44,653 nucleotides of DNA from a virus (IMGVR_UViG_3300049926_000041:1-44653), one strand, 5' to 3'. Positions 26,403 through 36,205 are shown, numbered from the stretch's first letter. A program made the numbers and translations. Notes: a model not told the origin generated them from the letters alone.

Positions 26403-28031
26403 ATGCCAAATATCCGCGAGCAAAGCGCTCCCGAAAATATCGGCATCAACCCGACCGAGATGGGCGTTGATGCCCGTGCTGCGGTCGCGCGGCGGGGCGG
26501 GGCATTCTACAATCAGGCGGCGGAAGCGATCACCTCGACCGGTCAGCGCATCGCCTCGACCGTGCGCGATGTCGGACAGGTTGCCGACGACTATCTGACT
26601 CATCGCGACATCAGCAAAGGCTCTGCTGAGGGAACATCGATTGTCGCCAATGCCAATACGCTATGGAACGAGACCGCCAAGAAGGCTGACCCGAATGATC
26701 CCGCGACCGCACAGAAGTTCCTGACCGAGACGCTGGAGCCTGCGCTGGACAAGTTCAAGTCCGGCTTTTCCACCGAGCGCAGCCAGCAATGGGCCGAGCA
26801 GTTCACGTCGCAATACCGCAAGCATATGTTCGAGAAGACGGCATCCGATATGTCGTCGCTGGCTGGCATCGCGGTTCAGCAGAACGTGCACAAGACCGTC
26901 AACCAGTTGTCGAGCGCAGCGGCGTCCGATCCGTCATCGCTCGATTTTGCTCTGAAGACGATCGACCATTCCATCGGCGGCATGGTCAGTAGCAGCCCTA
27001 ACCTTGATGCCGAGACCGGCGCCAAGGTCAATGCGCAACTGACCCAGCAGGCCAAGGAGGCCGTGGTCAAGGCTGCCGTCGCGGGCATGATCACCAAGAA
27101 CCCGAACATCGACCTTGACGCCATTCAGAAAAAGTATGGCGAGTTCATCAAGGGCGATGAGATGAAGATGTTCCAGAAGGCTGCGCAGACGCAGGCCAAG
27201 GTCGACACGCTGCAGCAGAAGCAACTGGAGACCTACACGCGCCAGACCAACGAGCGCGCGGCGGAAAAGCGGTCGAACGATATCGTCACCAAAAATGTTG
27301 CGATCGATCCGCAGACATCGCGGCCCATCATCAAGCCTGAGTTTTTCTCTGACGCGCTCGATATCGCCAAGATGCCGGATGCGCCGCAGGGACTGGCGCG
27401 CACGCTGATCGACTGGGGCGAGAAGCAGCTTGTAAAGGAAGGCAAGATCATCGACGACCCCATTGCCAAGCGAGACCTGACCGACCGGCTGTTCGATCCG
27501 GATCATCCGACCACGCGTATCGACCTGATGAAGGCGCAGACCGACGGCAAGATCAGCGATCACACGTTCCAATCGATGGAACGCTTGGTCACCGAACTGG
27601 AGACCGCACCGCTGAAGGGCCCGGTATGGCAGTCGACGTCTGCCGCGGTGAAGGATGCGCTGATCGTTAACGTGCCCGGCGTTCAGGGTAAGGATTCGGT
27701 CGGCATGACCAACTACTCGTCGTTCATGCAGACCTTTGTACCAGAATATCTGGCCAAGCAGCGCGCGGGCACGGCCCCGCCAAATGCGCTCGATCTCAAA
27801 GACCCGACGTCGATGATTAGCCAGGCGCTGCAACCGTTCAAGCGCACGATGGCGCAGCGCCTATCGGATTATACGCAGATGGTGGGCGGCGTCGGCTCCA
27901 AGCCTGAATCGGCACCACGCAACGATGCCATGCCTGCGATCCCCGAGCCCGGTCAGCGGCCGGCGGGCAGCATCTATGAGACGCCGAAAGGCAAAATGAA
28001 ATGGACCGGAACAGGTTGGGTTAGCCCGTGA
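26403..28031 (+). CDS. Internal virion (ejection) protein, medium
   Basis: MPNIR start; helical; C-terminal TPKGKMKWTGTGW. Confidence 0.7.
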   Translation: MPNIREQSAPENIGINPTEMGVDARAAVARRGGAFYNQAAEAITSTGQRIASTVRDVGQVADDYLTHRDISKGSAEGTSIVANANTLWNETAKKADPNDPATAQKFLTETLEPALDKFKSGFSTERSQQWAEQFTSQYRKHMFEKTASDMSSLAGIAVQQNVHKTVNQLSSAAASDPSSLDFALKTIDHSIGGMVSSSPNLDAETGAKVNAQLTQQAKEAVVKAAVAGMITKNPNIDLDAIQKKYGEFIKGDEMKMFQKAAQTQAKVDTLQQKQLETYTRQTNERAAEKRSNDIVTKNVAIDPQTSRPIIKPEFFSDALDIAKMPDAPQGLARTLIDWGEKQLVKEGKIIDDPIAKRDLTDRLFDPDHPTTRIDLMKAQTDGKISDHTFQSMERLVTELETAPLKGPVWQSTSAAVKDALIVNVPGVQGKDSVGMTNYSSFMQTFVPEYLAKQRAGTAPPNALDLKDPTSMISQALQPFKRTMAQRLSDYTQMVGGVGSKPESAPRNDAMPAIPEPGQRPAGSIYETPKGKMKWTGTGWVSP

Positions 28032-31000
28032 CGGAATTATCAGACGCTGAAGTATTCGGCGCGCCAGCATCAGCAAAGGAAATGAGCGACGCCGATATAT
28101 TCGGCGGGCCGCAGGGACCGCAAGCCCCGATCTCCGGGCCCGATGGCTGGTCGACCGCCGCCAAGCCGATGATCAATTCGACCGGCGTCGGCTCGATCAT
28201 GAGCGCGTTCGGGCAGGGGTTCGGCGAGGCGTGGGGACCGGAGCGGCTCGGCCTTTCCAGGGAGAGCACGCAATGGCTGTCCGAAAAAGGCATCTTCGCG
28301 CCGAAGGGCCAGACCCATTACGAGAACCCGTTTCAGGCCTTCAACGAGGGCGTGATGGTCAACGTTGCCACGGCGCTGGATGTCGGTGTACGCACCGCGA
28401 GTGGCCTGTTTCGCGGCGGGCAGGCAGCAACCATGGAAGCGCTGGGCGGCAGCCAGCTCGGCCGCGACATCGCTGCCATTCCGGAAGCCTTTATGGGATC
28501 GCCCGGCGGCCTCGGCAAGGTCGAGTTCAGGTCAGGGCTTGGTAAGGATGTTCGTGCTGGCATCCCGACAGAACCGGTGGCGGAAGGCGAGCCAGGACTG
28601 CGGCGCGTGATCATCGACCATCCGGCTGAAGTTGAGGCTGCACCTGCCGCAGAGGCCGGCGTTGGCATGCTCGATCCGGGCGAGAAAATTGATCGAGCCG
28701 CCATCAAGATAGGGGACAAGATTTACACCGGATACAATCACACCGATGCGCTGGATCGCGCGTCAAAGGACATGAAGATCACACCTGAGGAATTCACGCT
28801 TCAGTTGGAGGGGCATGATAACGTGGGCCTTGATGGGTTTGTAACGACCGATGGCCGATATCTGACCCGCTTGGAAGCTTATGCAATTCAGGATGCGATC
28901 GAGGCCAAGGCTGCCGAGACCATCACGCAGGCGAAAGACCTCGGCGTCATCGGGCCCGAACGGCCGCCGATCACCGATGGTACGCCGAAGGAAGTCGCCG
29001 AGCGCGTCACCACAATGGCTGCTGAGGGGCCAAAGGGCGAGAAGGTCACGCAGGAATTGCCGGATCAGCCAAACCCGTGGCGGGAACGGTTCGAGCAGTT
29101 TGTCGGCAAGGTCAACACCGCCGATGATGCCAAGCAACTGATCCGAGATGCTGCCGACCAGAATGGCGAGTTTCAGGCCGCGCGCGAGGGCAAGATACCG
29201 CTCAAGCAGTCTGATGCTGGCCCTTTGGGAAAAATGAGTGACGCTGATTTTGGTGCCATTTCGTCAGTTGCAGTCGATACTCGTTACGGTGACACGCACG
29301 CGCGATTAGCTCTTACTCCGGAAGAAATTAAAACCGCGCAGGCTCACGGCATAAAGATTGAAGATAATGGCGTCCTTCCCAACGAAGAAATGCAGCGCAT
29401 TCTCGATGAGCGTGATCGACGCAATGCGGCATATAAGCCATCCTCGAACACAGCGGGTCCAGTACCGCCGCATCAATTGGAAGCACTTACGCAGGCGGCG
29501 GGAGTAGATGCTAGTACCGTAAGCGCGGATGGAATTGGCCGACTATTGCAGAACGACAACCAAGTGCGCAACGCCATGCAGGGCATGCTGACCGCGACCG
29601 AGAACGTCCGCAACGCCGCGCGCGACGTCAAGGCCGACCCCTCGGAAGCCAATCTGATGAAGCTGCAGGAAGCCATGCTGCGGCGCGATACTTGGGTCGA
29701 GCAGGTGGTCGGGCACCGCGCCGAGTGGGGCCGCACCGGTAACGTGTTTCAGGAGTTCCTGCAGAAGTCCAAGGAGGAGGGCGGCTTCACCCAGTTCCTG
29801 AAGGATCAGGATCGCTCGCCGGAGGGCTTGCGCAAGATCGCCGATGCGCTCGGCGACATGGATGGCACGCAGGCGGCGCGGTTCCTGTCCGAGTCCAACA
29901 AGCCGACCTTCTGGGACAAGTTCCGGTTCTACTGGATCAACGCCCTGATCTCGGGCCCGGTGACGCATGCCAAATATATCGTCGCCAATGGCGCGTTCTC
30001 GGCCTACGAATCCGCCGTGGTGACGCCTGTCGCGGGCGTGGTCGGTGCGGTCCGGCGTGGGATGCTGGGCGATGTCGAGGGCGTCTATGTCGGCGAGGCG
30101 GCGGCGCGCATCTGGGGCCTTATCGCCGGGGTGCCGGATGCGATGAAGGCGGCGGTGTCGGCGGCCAAGACCGGGCTGCAGACCCCGCTGCCGGGCGAGC
30201 TGGCGCAGAGCATCATCCCCAAGCAGAACAAGAACGTCACCTTCCAGCAACGGCCGATCCCCGGAACCTGGGGCGCTATCATCGGCGCGCCCAGCCGCGG
30301 GGCATCAGCGATCCACTCGTTTTTCAACTTCCTCGGCTACCGGGCATCGATCGAGGCGCAGGCCTACCGCGCGGCGGCGGCGGATGGCCTCAAGCTTTCC
30401 GATGATGCGTTCTGGCAGCGGCGCGCGGCGGCGGCGGATGCGCCGAGCCTCGACATGATGAACAGCGCGATCGAGGAAGGCTATCGGCTGACCTATATCT
30501 CCGAACTCGGAAAGACCGGCAAGGCGCTATCATCGTTCGTGCATTCGACCAAGGTCGGCACGCTGATCATGCCGTTTACTCATATTCCGATGAACATCCT
30601 CAAGCGGGCGGTAGAGGGCACGCCGGCGGCCTTTCTCGATACCGAGACCCGGGCGGCACTGAAGGGCGAGGCGGGCGCCGCCAAGCAGGACATGGCGATC
30701 GCCCGCATGGTGGTCGGCTCGGCCGTCGGCGTATGGGCGGTCAACCAGGTCTTGAACGAGCGCATGACCGGGTTCGGCCCGACCGAGCCGAAAGAACGGG
30801 CGCAGTGGATCGCCACCGGGCACCAGCCTTATTCGATCCGGATCGGCGATTACTGGTATTCGTTCAACCGGTTCGGCTCGCTCGGCACCATGCTGGGGCT
30901 CTATTCCAACATCGCCGAGGTGATCCCGCATCTCAAGCCGGACGCCGAGGAACTGACCAAGGCCATCGGCATGACCGTCCATTCGACCGGCCGGCTGATG

Positions 31001-31771
31001 GAGGATGAAGTCGGCATGCAGGGTCTCGCGGGCCTGATGGAGGCCATCAACGAGCCGGACCGCAAGGGCGCCAAGTTTGTGTCGAACTTCGCCGGATCGC
31101 TGCTGCCCTATTCGTCGATGCAGCGCCAGGTCGCGAGCTCGATGGACCCCTACATGCGGGAAACCAAGAGCGTGGTCGACGGCTTACGCTATTACATTCC
31201 GGGCCAGCGTCAGGGCCTTGATCTCAAGCGGGACTGGACCGGTCTGCCGGTAGCGAATGCCGGTTATGGTGGCGATGTCCCCAACGCGCCAGGCCTGTCC
31301 TCGATCATCCAGCATCGCAACGCCGTGGCCGATCCGATCGCGCTCGAGATGCAGGCGCTTGATCTGCGCCCGGCGGCGCCGCAGAACCGCATCTCCGGGG
31401 TGAAGCTGCCGCCGAAAATCTATGACGCCTATCAGTCCACCGCCGGCGCCTTCACCCGCGAGGCGCTCACCCATTATGTCGAGCAGCCGAACTGGCACGA
31501 ACTGCCGGCGTTCGTGCGGGAACAGATGTTCAAGGCCACGATCGAGTCCACCCGCAAGGCAGCCGCTGCCGCCACCCAGATGCAATATCCGCAGATCATT
31601 CAACAGGGCGTCGCGGATCGCACGGCCAAGATCAGGGGAGAAAAGCCGACCAAGATGCCCGACATTCCGACATCCGGGCCGGCGCTGGATCACGCGGCGC
31701 ACAGCGGATGGAGGAAGGATCCAAGCCTGATAATGAACGGCCCTGCTGCCGGTCTGGGCATTCGAGGGTGA
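28028..31771 (+). CDS. Large internal virion (ejection) protein
   Basis: 1247 aa; INALISGP.TH, PF..IP.NI, QPYSIRIGD.WYSF.RF. Confidence 0.75.
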   Translation: MTELSDAEVFGAPASAKEMSDADIFGGPQGPQAPISGPDGWSTAAKPMINSTGVGSIMSAFGQGFGEAWGPERLGLSRESTQWLSEKGIFAPKGQTHYENPFQAFNEGVMVNVATALDVGVRTASGLFRGGQAATMEALGGSQLGRDIAAIPEAFMGSPGGLGKVEFRSGLGKDVRAGIPTEPVAEGEPGLRRVIIDHPAEVEAAPAAEAGVGMLDPGEKIDRAAIKIGDKIYTGYNHTDALDRASKDMKITPEEFTLQLEGHDNVGLDGFVTTDGRYLTRLEAYAIQDAIEAKAAETITQAKDLGVIGPERPPITDGTPKEVAERVTTMAAEGPKGEKVTQELPDQPNPWRERFEQFVGKVNTADDAKQLIRDAADQNGEFQAAREGKIPLKQSDAGPLGKMSDADFGAISSVAVDTRYGDTHARLALTPEEIKTAQAHGIKIEDNGVLPNEEMQRILDERDRRNAAYKPSSNTAGPVPPHQLEALTQAAGVDASTVSADGIGRLLQNDNQVRNAMQGMLTATENVRNAARDVKADPSEANLMKLQEAMLRRDTWVEQVVGHRAEWGRTGNVFQEFLQKSKEEGGFTQFLKDQDRSPEGLRKIADALGDMDGTQAARFLSESNKPTFWDKFRFYWINALISGPVTHAKYIVANGAFSAYESAVVTPVAGVVGAVRRGMLGDVEGVYVGEAAARIWGLIAGVPDAMKAAVSAAKTGLQTPLPGELAQSIIPKQNKNVTFQQRPIPGTWGAIIGAPSRGASAIHSFFNFLGYRASIEAQAYRAAAADGLKLSDDAFWQRRAAAADAPSLDMMNSAIEEGYRLTYISELGKTGKALSSFVHSTKVGTLIMPFTHIPMNILKRAVEGTPAAFLDTETRAALKGEAGAAKQDMAIARMVVGSAVGVWAVNQVLNERMTGFGPTEPKERAQWIATGHQPYSIRIGDYWYSFNRFGSLGTMLGLYSNIAEVIPHLKPDAEELTKAIGMTVHSTGRLMEDEVGMQGLAGLMEAINEPDRKGAKFVSNFAGSLLPYSSMQRQVASSMDPYMRETKSVVDGLRYYIPGQRQGLDLKRDWTGLPVANAGYGGDVPNAPGLSSIIQHRNAVADPIALEMQALDLRPAAPQNRISGVKLPPKIYDAYQSTAGAFTREALTHYVEQPNWHELPAFVREQMFKATIESTRKAAAAATQMQYPQIIQQGVADRTAKIRGEKPTKMPDIPTSGPALDHAAHSGWRKDPSLIMNGPAAGLGIRG

Positions 31772-31774
31772 GCA

Positions 31775-32185
31775 ATGGCAGATAATCTGGATTACACCAG
31801 CAAATACAACACGCCGCTCTCGGCAGACGAGAAGGGCGGGTTTGAAGGCTGGGCGAAAACTCAATCAGAGACGGTCGGGCGCGACGTCACGAAAGACCTC
31901 TACGATTATGATTTGCAGGGATGGTGGAAGAACAACCAAGGCGTCGATCTCTCCGGCGGCCACCTGACCGATCAATGGAAGAAGCCAAATCATCCAACGT
32001 TTTCAGACCAAAGCCAGTATCACGGCGCCGACGGACTGCAGGGCGGACAGTGGGGCCAGTCTCAGGATGGGTCGTATTCGTTCAAGCCCGGGGCGACCAA
32101 CCTGAAGAACTTCTCGGCCGATGAACTGAAAGATTATTTCAAAAAGGTCGAGCCGGGCAATCGGCTGATGCTGCCGCCCGAGTAG
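31775..32185 (+). CDS. Hypothetical virion-associated protein
   Basis: YNTPLS, DYDLQG, HLTDQWKKPNHPTFS. Confidence 0.7.
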   Translation: MADNLDYTSKYNTPLSADEKGGFEGWAKTQSETVGRDVTKDLYDYDLQGWWKNNQGVDLSGGHLTDQWKKPNHPTFSDQSQYHGADGLQGGQWGQSQDGSYSFKPGATNLKNFSADELKDYFKKVEPGNRLMLPPE

Positions 32186-32226
32186 GAGTGCGTTGCTGGA
32201 ACCCGGGCTTCCACCATCCTTCCGGC
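32186..32226 (+). promoter_or_regulatory. Late promoter copy 6 (tail spike), leaderless
   Basis: GAGTGCG-TTGCTG-N16-CATCCT-N6-ATG. Confidence 0.85.
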
Positions 32227-34335
32227 ATGCGCATAACCAAAGCAGCCATAGCCGGCATCCTCGCCCTGTTCGCGGTCGCCACGGCGTCTGCGCAACAGTT
32301 TCCGACAATTCAAGATCATTCCGTGATCGGAAGAATCGGCGTCGTCGGGCAGAGCGGGCCCAGCCAGGCGATACCGTTTGCGTCGTTGCTGCCTCTACTC
32401 GAGGGGGTGCAGCCTGCGAATAAGGTCAAGGCCGGACCCCCTTCTGGGGCTGATGCGATCGCGACTTACCGTCTCCTCGTCGGCGCCGACCTGCCAAATC
32501 CAGGCGCTTCATCGAAGGGCGGTGTGCAATCGCTGACGTGCGGCGCCAACCAATGGCTCAACCAGATATCCGTCACCGGCGTTCCCGTCTGCGCGCCGAT
32601 ATCGGCAAATACAATCACCAACGCCATGCTGGCTCAGATGGCGGCCAGCACGACCAAATGTAACAACACTACTTCAACTGGCGCCCCCGTCGATTGCACC
32701 ATTCCGCAATTCAAGGCCCTGCAATCGATCAACATCTCGGTCACCGACCCGGCCTATGGCGCCAAGGGCGATTGCACCACCGATGACACTGCCGCCTTCC
32801 AGGCAGCATGGAACGCTGCCAAGGATGCTTCCGGCTTTGGTAAAATCCACGTCCCGGCCACCGCTACATGCTACCTCGTCAACACGCTCAACGGCACTAA
32901 CGCCAACAACATCATTATCGAGGGCGATGGCGATCAGTCGGTCATCAAGGTCAATAATCAGGACGCGCAGGGCAACTGGTGGGACCTTTCCGGATCGAAC
33001 AATATCCAGTTCAAGAATCTGAAGCTCGTCGATAATGGCGGCCCGGTTGGCATCATCTTTTTGTGGGCCTGCACCGGCACCAGCTGCGGAACCAGCGGTG
33101 TGTTATCGGGCCTTTCCTTTGACCATGTTAACATCAACGCCAAGCATCGCCTGGCAGGACTCTTTGCTTATGGCTTCGGTTGTGCCGCGAATTGTGCTTC
33201 GAATGTCTCTGGCGCCAGTCTCAACATCAGCAACAGTTCTTTCAGGAATACTAACAACGGATCTGTGCTTGGAGCAGAAACGCGCAACGCGAGTGTTTCG
33301 CTATCTGCCTATAATGCCGGTAGCATTCGCAGCGCCTATGTAACCCTGACCACATCAACCGCCATCGCCGCACGCACCCATATCTACAACTCCGACTTCA
33401 TCGACCAATCGACAACCGGATCGACGCTCAGCAATAACGCGGCAGGAGTAACTGACGGCGTTAACCAGATGATGGTCGTGGGCGGATCGTTTCAGTGCCA
33501 ATGTGTGGATGATTTCATCGGCTGGACCTCCGATGAAGGCGTGACGTTCCTGCAGACCGCGTTCCAAAGTCCGGTGCCGGGTTCGGGCTGCGTCGTCACC
33601 CACTGGCTTCTGTTCGGCGGTGGCGTGAACGCGGCTGTCGCCCTGATCGATCCATTCTTTTCCTGTCCAGGCGTTGGTGGTGCGGTCATCGCGCTGGACG
33701 CAGGCACTGGCGCAGCTGCAGGGGGGATATGGTTTCTCACCGTCCTCGGAAACGACGTCGGCCTCAATACCAACGGCGTTCCGTTCATCGGAAAGACCGC
33801 GGCGGGCTGTGGTTCGTTCACTGCAACCAACAACTGGATCATTGGCAGCAACATCAACTTGATTGCTGGAGCCAACAACATCGATTCCTGCGGAGGCATC
33901 GACAATTCGACGATTCTACAGCTGCCCGGAACCATCACCCTGACCGGCGCAGCAGTCGACAAATCGCTCCACGTTGGAGGAACCGGAACAGCATGGAGCA
34001 CCTTCACCCCTTCGCCGGCCTGCGGAACTGCCACGTTCACGGTCAACTCGGCCAAGAGGAAAACCTTGTGGCAATTTCAGACAACGTTCTTTGAGTTCGA
34101 TATTACTTTTACAGCACTCGGGACATGCACAGCCGGGACCCCATTCACTTTAACCCTGCCTGTCACCGCTAATTCTTCAGGAGGTGGGGCCGGCCGCGAG
34201 ACGGCAAGCAACGGACGAACCGTAGGCTGCACAGTCATATCTGGCTCGGCATCTATGAGTTGTGAATACGCAGACGTATCTGCTTGGGCCAACGGTAATC
34301 GAATTACCGTGTCCGGCGTGATTGAAAATCAATAA
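32227..34335 (+). CDS. Tail spike / beta-helix depolymerase-like protein with N-terminal signal peptide
   Basis: YGAKGDCTTDDTAAFQAA pectate-lyase-3-type entry; MRITKAAIAGILALFAVATASA signal-like N-terminus; 20 Cys. Confidence 0.75.
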   Translation: MRITKAAIAGILALFAVATASAQQFPTIQDHSVIGRIGVVGQSGPSQAIPFASLLPLLEGVQPANKVKAGPPSGADAIATYRLLVGADLPNPGASSKGGVQSLTCGANQWLNQISVTGVPVCAPISANTITNAMLAQMAASTTKCNNTTSTGAPVDCTIPQFKALQSINISVTDPAYGAKGDCTTDDTAAFQAAWNAAKDASGFGKIHVPATATCYLVNTLNGTNANNIIIEGDGDQSVIKVNNQDAQGNWWDLSGSNNIQFKNLKLVDNGGPVGIIFLWACTGTSCGTSGVLSGLSFDHVNINAKHRLAGLFAYGFGCAANCASNVSGASLNISNSSFRNTNNGSVLGAETRNASVSLSAYNAGSIRSAYVTLTTSTAIAARTHIYNSDFIDQSTTGSTLSNNAAGVTDGVNQMMVVGGSFQCQCVDDFIGWTSDEGVTFLQTAFQSPVPGSGCVVTHWLLFGGGVNAAVALIDPFFSCPGVGGAVIALDAGTGAAAGGIWFLTVLGNDVGLNTNGVPFIGKTAAGCGSFTATNNWIIGSNINLIAGANNIDSCGGIDNSTILQLPGTITLTGAAVDKSLHVGGTGTAWSTFTPSPACGTATFTVNSAKRKTLWQFQTTFFEFDITFTALGTCTAGTPFTLTLPVTANSSGGGAGRETASNGRTVGCTVISGSASMSCEYADVSAWANGNRITVSGVIENQ

Positions 34336-34339
34336 GGCG

Positions 34340-34498
34340 TCACGTCTCTCTCGGTTGTGTGACGGGCGCGTCGCGCAAGTCAGCTTTGTTGACGATCGCA
34401 TAACCGCATTCGTCGAGCCAAGCGATCATTCTATCAGCCTGCGCCAAGTCCCACCCGATATATCCTCGGGCAACTGCCTCACGAACGCTATACTTCAT
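34340..34498 (-). CDS. 52-aa antisense hypothetical protein (MKYSVREAVARG...)
   Basis: Translated by hand; GGAGG RBS. Confidence 0.5.
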   Translation of the reverse strand: MKYSVREAVARGYIGWDLAQADRMIAWLDECGYAIVNKADLRDAPVTQPRET

Positions 34499-34561
34499 GG
34501 AAACGCCTCCCGTCGTTAATGCGCCTCCTTACCCCGCAACCTCCCCGCGAACAAGGGGCCC

Positions 34562-34603
34562 GAGTGCGTTGCTGGACTGGGCCGCGCTGCCATCGTCTCC
34601 CCG
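34562..34603 (+). promoter_or_regulatory. Late promoter copy 7 (lysis operon), short leader with GGAG
   Basis: GAGTGCG-TTGCTG-N16-CATCGT. Confidence 0.85.
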
Positions 34604-34617
34604 AACGGAGATTTGGC

Positions 34618-35229
34618 ATGTCTTGGCGTGGAATCGTTGGCAAATCCTTTACCCCTGATGAGTTTGAAAAGTACGTCGACACCCTGAAGTTCGGGGCTTG
34701 GCGGCCGCGATTCGTGGTTGTCCACAACACCAGCGCGCCGGATCTGAAGACATGGCAGGGCTGGCAGACCCGTGCCCATCCGGTCACGGACGAGCAGTGG
34801 GCGCAGAACCTCGTCGGCTATTATCGCGATCAGCAGCACTGGAACGCCGGTCCGCACCTGTTCGTGACGCCGCGTGGCATCCTTGCGTTCTCGCCGCTGA
34901 CCGGGCCGGGCACGCATTCGCCGGCGTGGAACTCGATTTCATGGGGCGTCGAGACCGTCGGCGAGTTCGACCGTGAGCCATTCGCTGGGCCGGTGAAGGA
35001 CAACCTGATCGCCGCGCTGGCCATTCTGCACGCCGCTGCCGGGCTGCAGCTTCTCCCCTATTCGCGCGGCGTCCGCGGGCTGCACTTCCACAAGGAAGAT
35101 CCAGTCACCACGCACAAGAATTGCCCGGGCAAGAACATGATGAAGCAGCCGTTGATTGCGTCAGTGCAGGCCGAAATCCTCCGGCGCCATCCCGGCGGCG
35201 GGCATCCCCCCGTAGAGGCCACCTCATGA
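34618..35229 (+). CDS. Endolysin, N-acetylmuramoyl-L-alanine amidase (Amidase_2)
   Basis: VVHNT, GPHLFV, HSPAWN.ISWGVE, H.......HKNCPG Zn ligands. Confidence 0.88.
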   Translation: MSWRGIVGKSFTPDEFEKYVDTLKFGAWRPRFVVVHNTSAPDLKTWQGWQTRAHPVTDEQWAQNLVGYYRDQQHWNAGPHLFVTPRGILAFSPLTGPGTHSPAWNSISWGVETVGEFDREPFAGPVKDNLIAALAILHAAAGLQLLPYSRGVRGLHFHKEDPVTTHKNCPGKNMMKQPLIASVQAEILRRHPGGGHPPVEATS

Positions 35230-35555
35230 ACCCCGAACAACTCAAGAGCGGCGTCCGATGGGTGATCGCCACCTTCGGACCTTTCCTTATCGCGCATGGC
35301 TATGCCACCTCAGGCACGCTTGAGTTGGCGGGCGGCGTACTCGTTTCGCTCGCCCCGCTGATCTGGGGATTGTTCACGCACACCGAATCTAACGCGGTCG
35401 CAGTCGTCGACACCATCGCCAAGCAACCTGACGCCCCGGTCAAGGCGGTCATCCTCGAGCCAACCGAAGCCGGCAAGGCACTCGCCGAATCGATCCCCGG
35501 AAATACCACGGTGGTAGCCGGTACCGCAGCAGCAACAACGGCAGCAAGACCATGA
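35226..35555 (+). CDS. Putative holin
   Basis: Two hydrophobic helices; coupled to the endolysin. Confidence 0.65.
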   Translation: MNPEQLKSGVRWVIATFGPFLIAHGYATSGTLELAGGVLVSLAPLIWGLFTHTESNAVAVVDTIAKQPDAPVKAVILEPTEAGKALAESIPGNTTVVAGTAAATTAARP

Positions 35556-35953
35556 AACGAATCCTCCTCGCCCTCACGCTCTCGCTCAGCCTTGCCGGAT
35601 GCGCCACGATCTCGGCTATCGAGACCGCATTCCAACTCGGAACGGCATCGATCGCCAATCCGGTCACCAAGACGCGCCTCAACGAGATGGAGAGCGCGAT
35701 CATTCTGGTGTTCGCTGGCCTTGAGGGATGGAAGCATTCGTGCCAGCAGGGCCTGATCAACGCCGACTGCCGGAACCAAATCGCCGAGGTGCAGGTTTAT
35801 ACAAGGCAGATTCCGCCTTACCTGTCACAGTTGCGTACCTTCGTGAAGACTAACGATCAGGTCAACGCGACCGTCGCCTTCAACAATCTGGTAGCTCTGG
35901 TCGGCACCGTCAAAACTCAAGCCGCAGCGCGCGGCGTAACGATCGGGAGCTGA
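35552..35953 (+). CDS. Lipoprotein (possible o-spanin-like)
   Basis: MKRILLALTLSLSLAGC lipobox. Confidence 0.7.
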   Translation: MKRILLALTLSLSLAGCATISAIETAFQLGTASIANPVTKTRLNEMESAIILVFAGLEGWKHSCQQGLINADCRNQIAEVQVYTRQIPPYLSQLRTFVKTNDQVNATVAFNNLVALVGTVKTQAAARGVTIGS

Positions 35954-35955
35954 TC

Positions 35956-36165
35956 ATGGATGTCGCAGCGATTCTGGAACTGGTCGTGAAGGGAATGGGC
36001 GTGGTCAGCACACTGATCGCCGTCGGCCGGGATGCCGCGCCAGCCATCAAGGTCATCACCGATCTAGTGACCGGAGCACAGGCCGGCGAGGTGACCGACG
36101 AGCAGTTGGCCGCGACCGAAAAGACACTGGACGACATGATCTCCGATTTCAATCAGCCGATGTAG
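35956..36165 (+). CDS. Hypothetical protein in the lysis region
   Basis: ORF track; GGAG RBS. Confidence 0.65.
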   Translation: MDVAAILELVVKGMGVVSTLIAVGRDAAPAIKVITDLVTGAQAGEVTDEQLAATEKTLDDMISDFNQPM

Positions 36166-36205
36166 TGGCGCGTACCCTGACCCGCGACTCTATGGAAGCT
36201 TTGGA

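Noticed and set aside
12000-31900. Numerous long antisense or alternative-frame ORFs (for example 15508..16599, 20960..22243, 24483..25745)
   Set aside because: Shadow ORFs typical of high-GC coding DNA, overlapping well-supported genes.
32188-32226. GTG starts giving MRCW... N-termini (also at 21241, and the RCW stretch in the 34519 ORF)
   Set aside because: These are translations of the promoter motif GTGCGTTGCTGG, not true N-termini.
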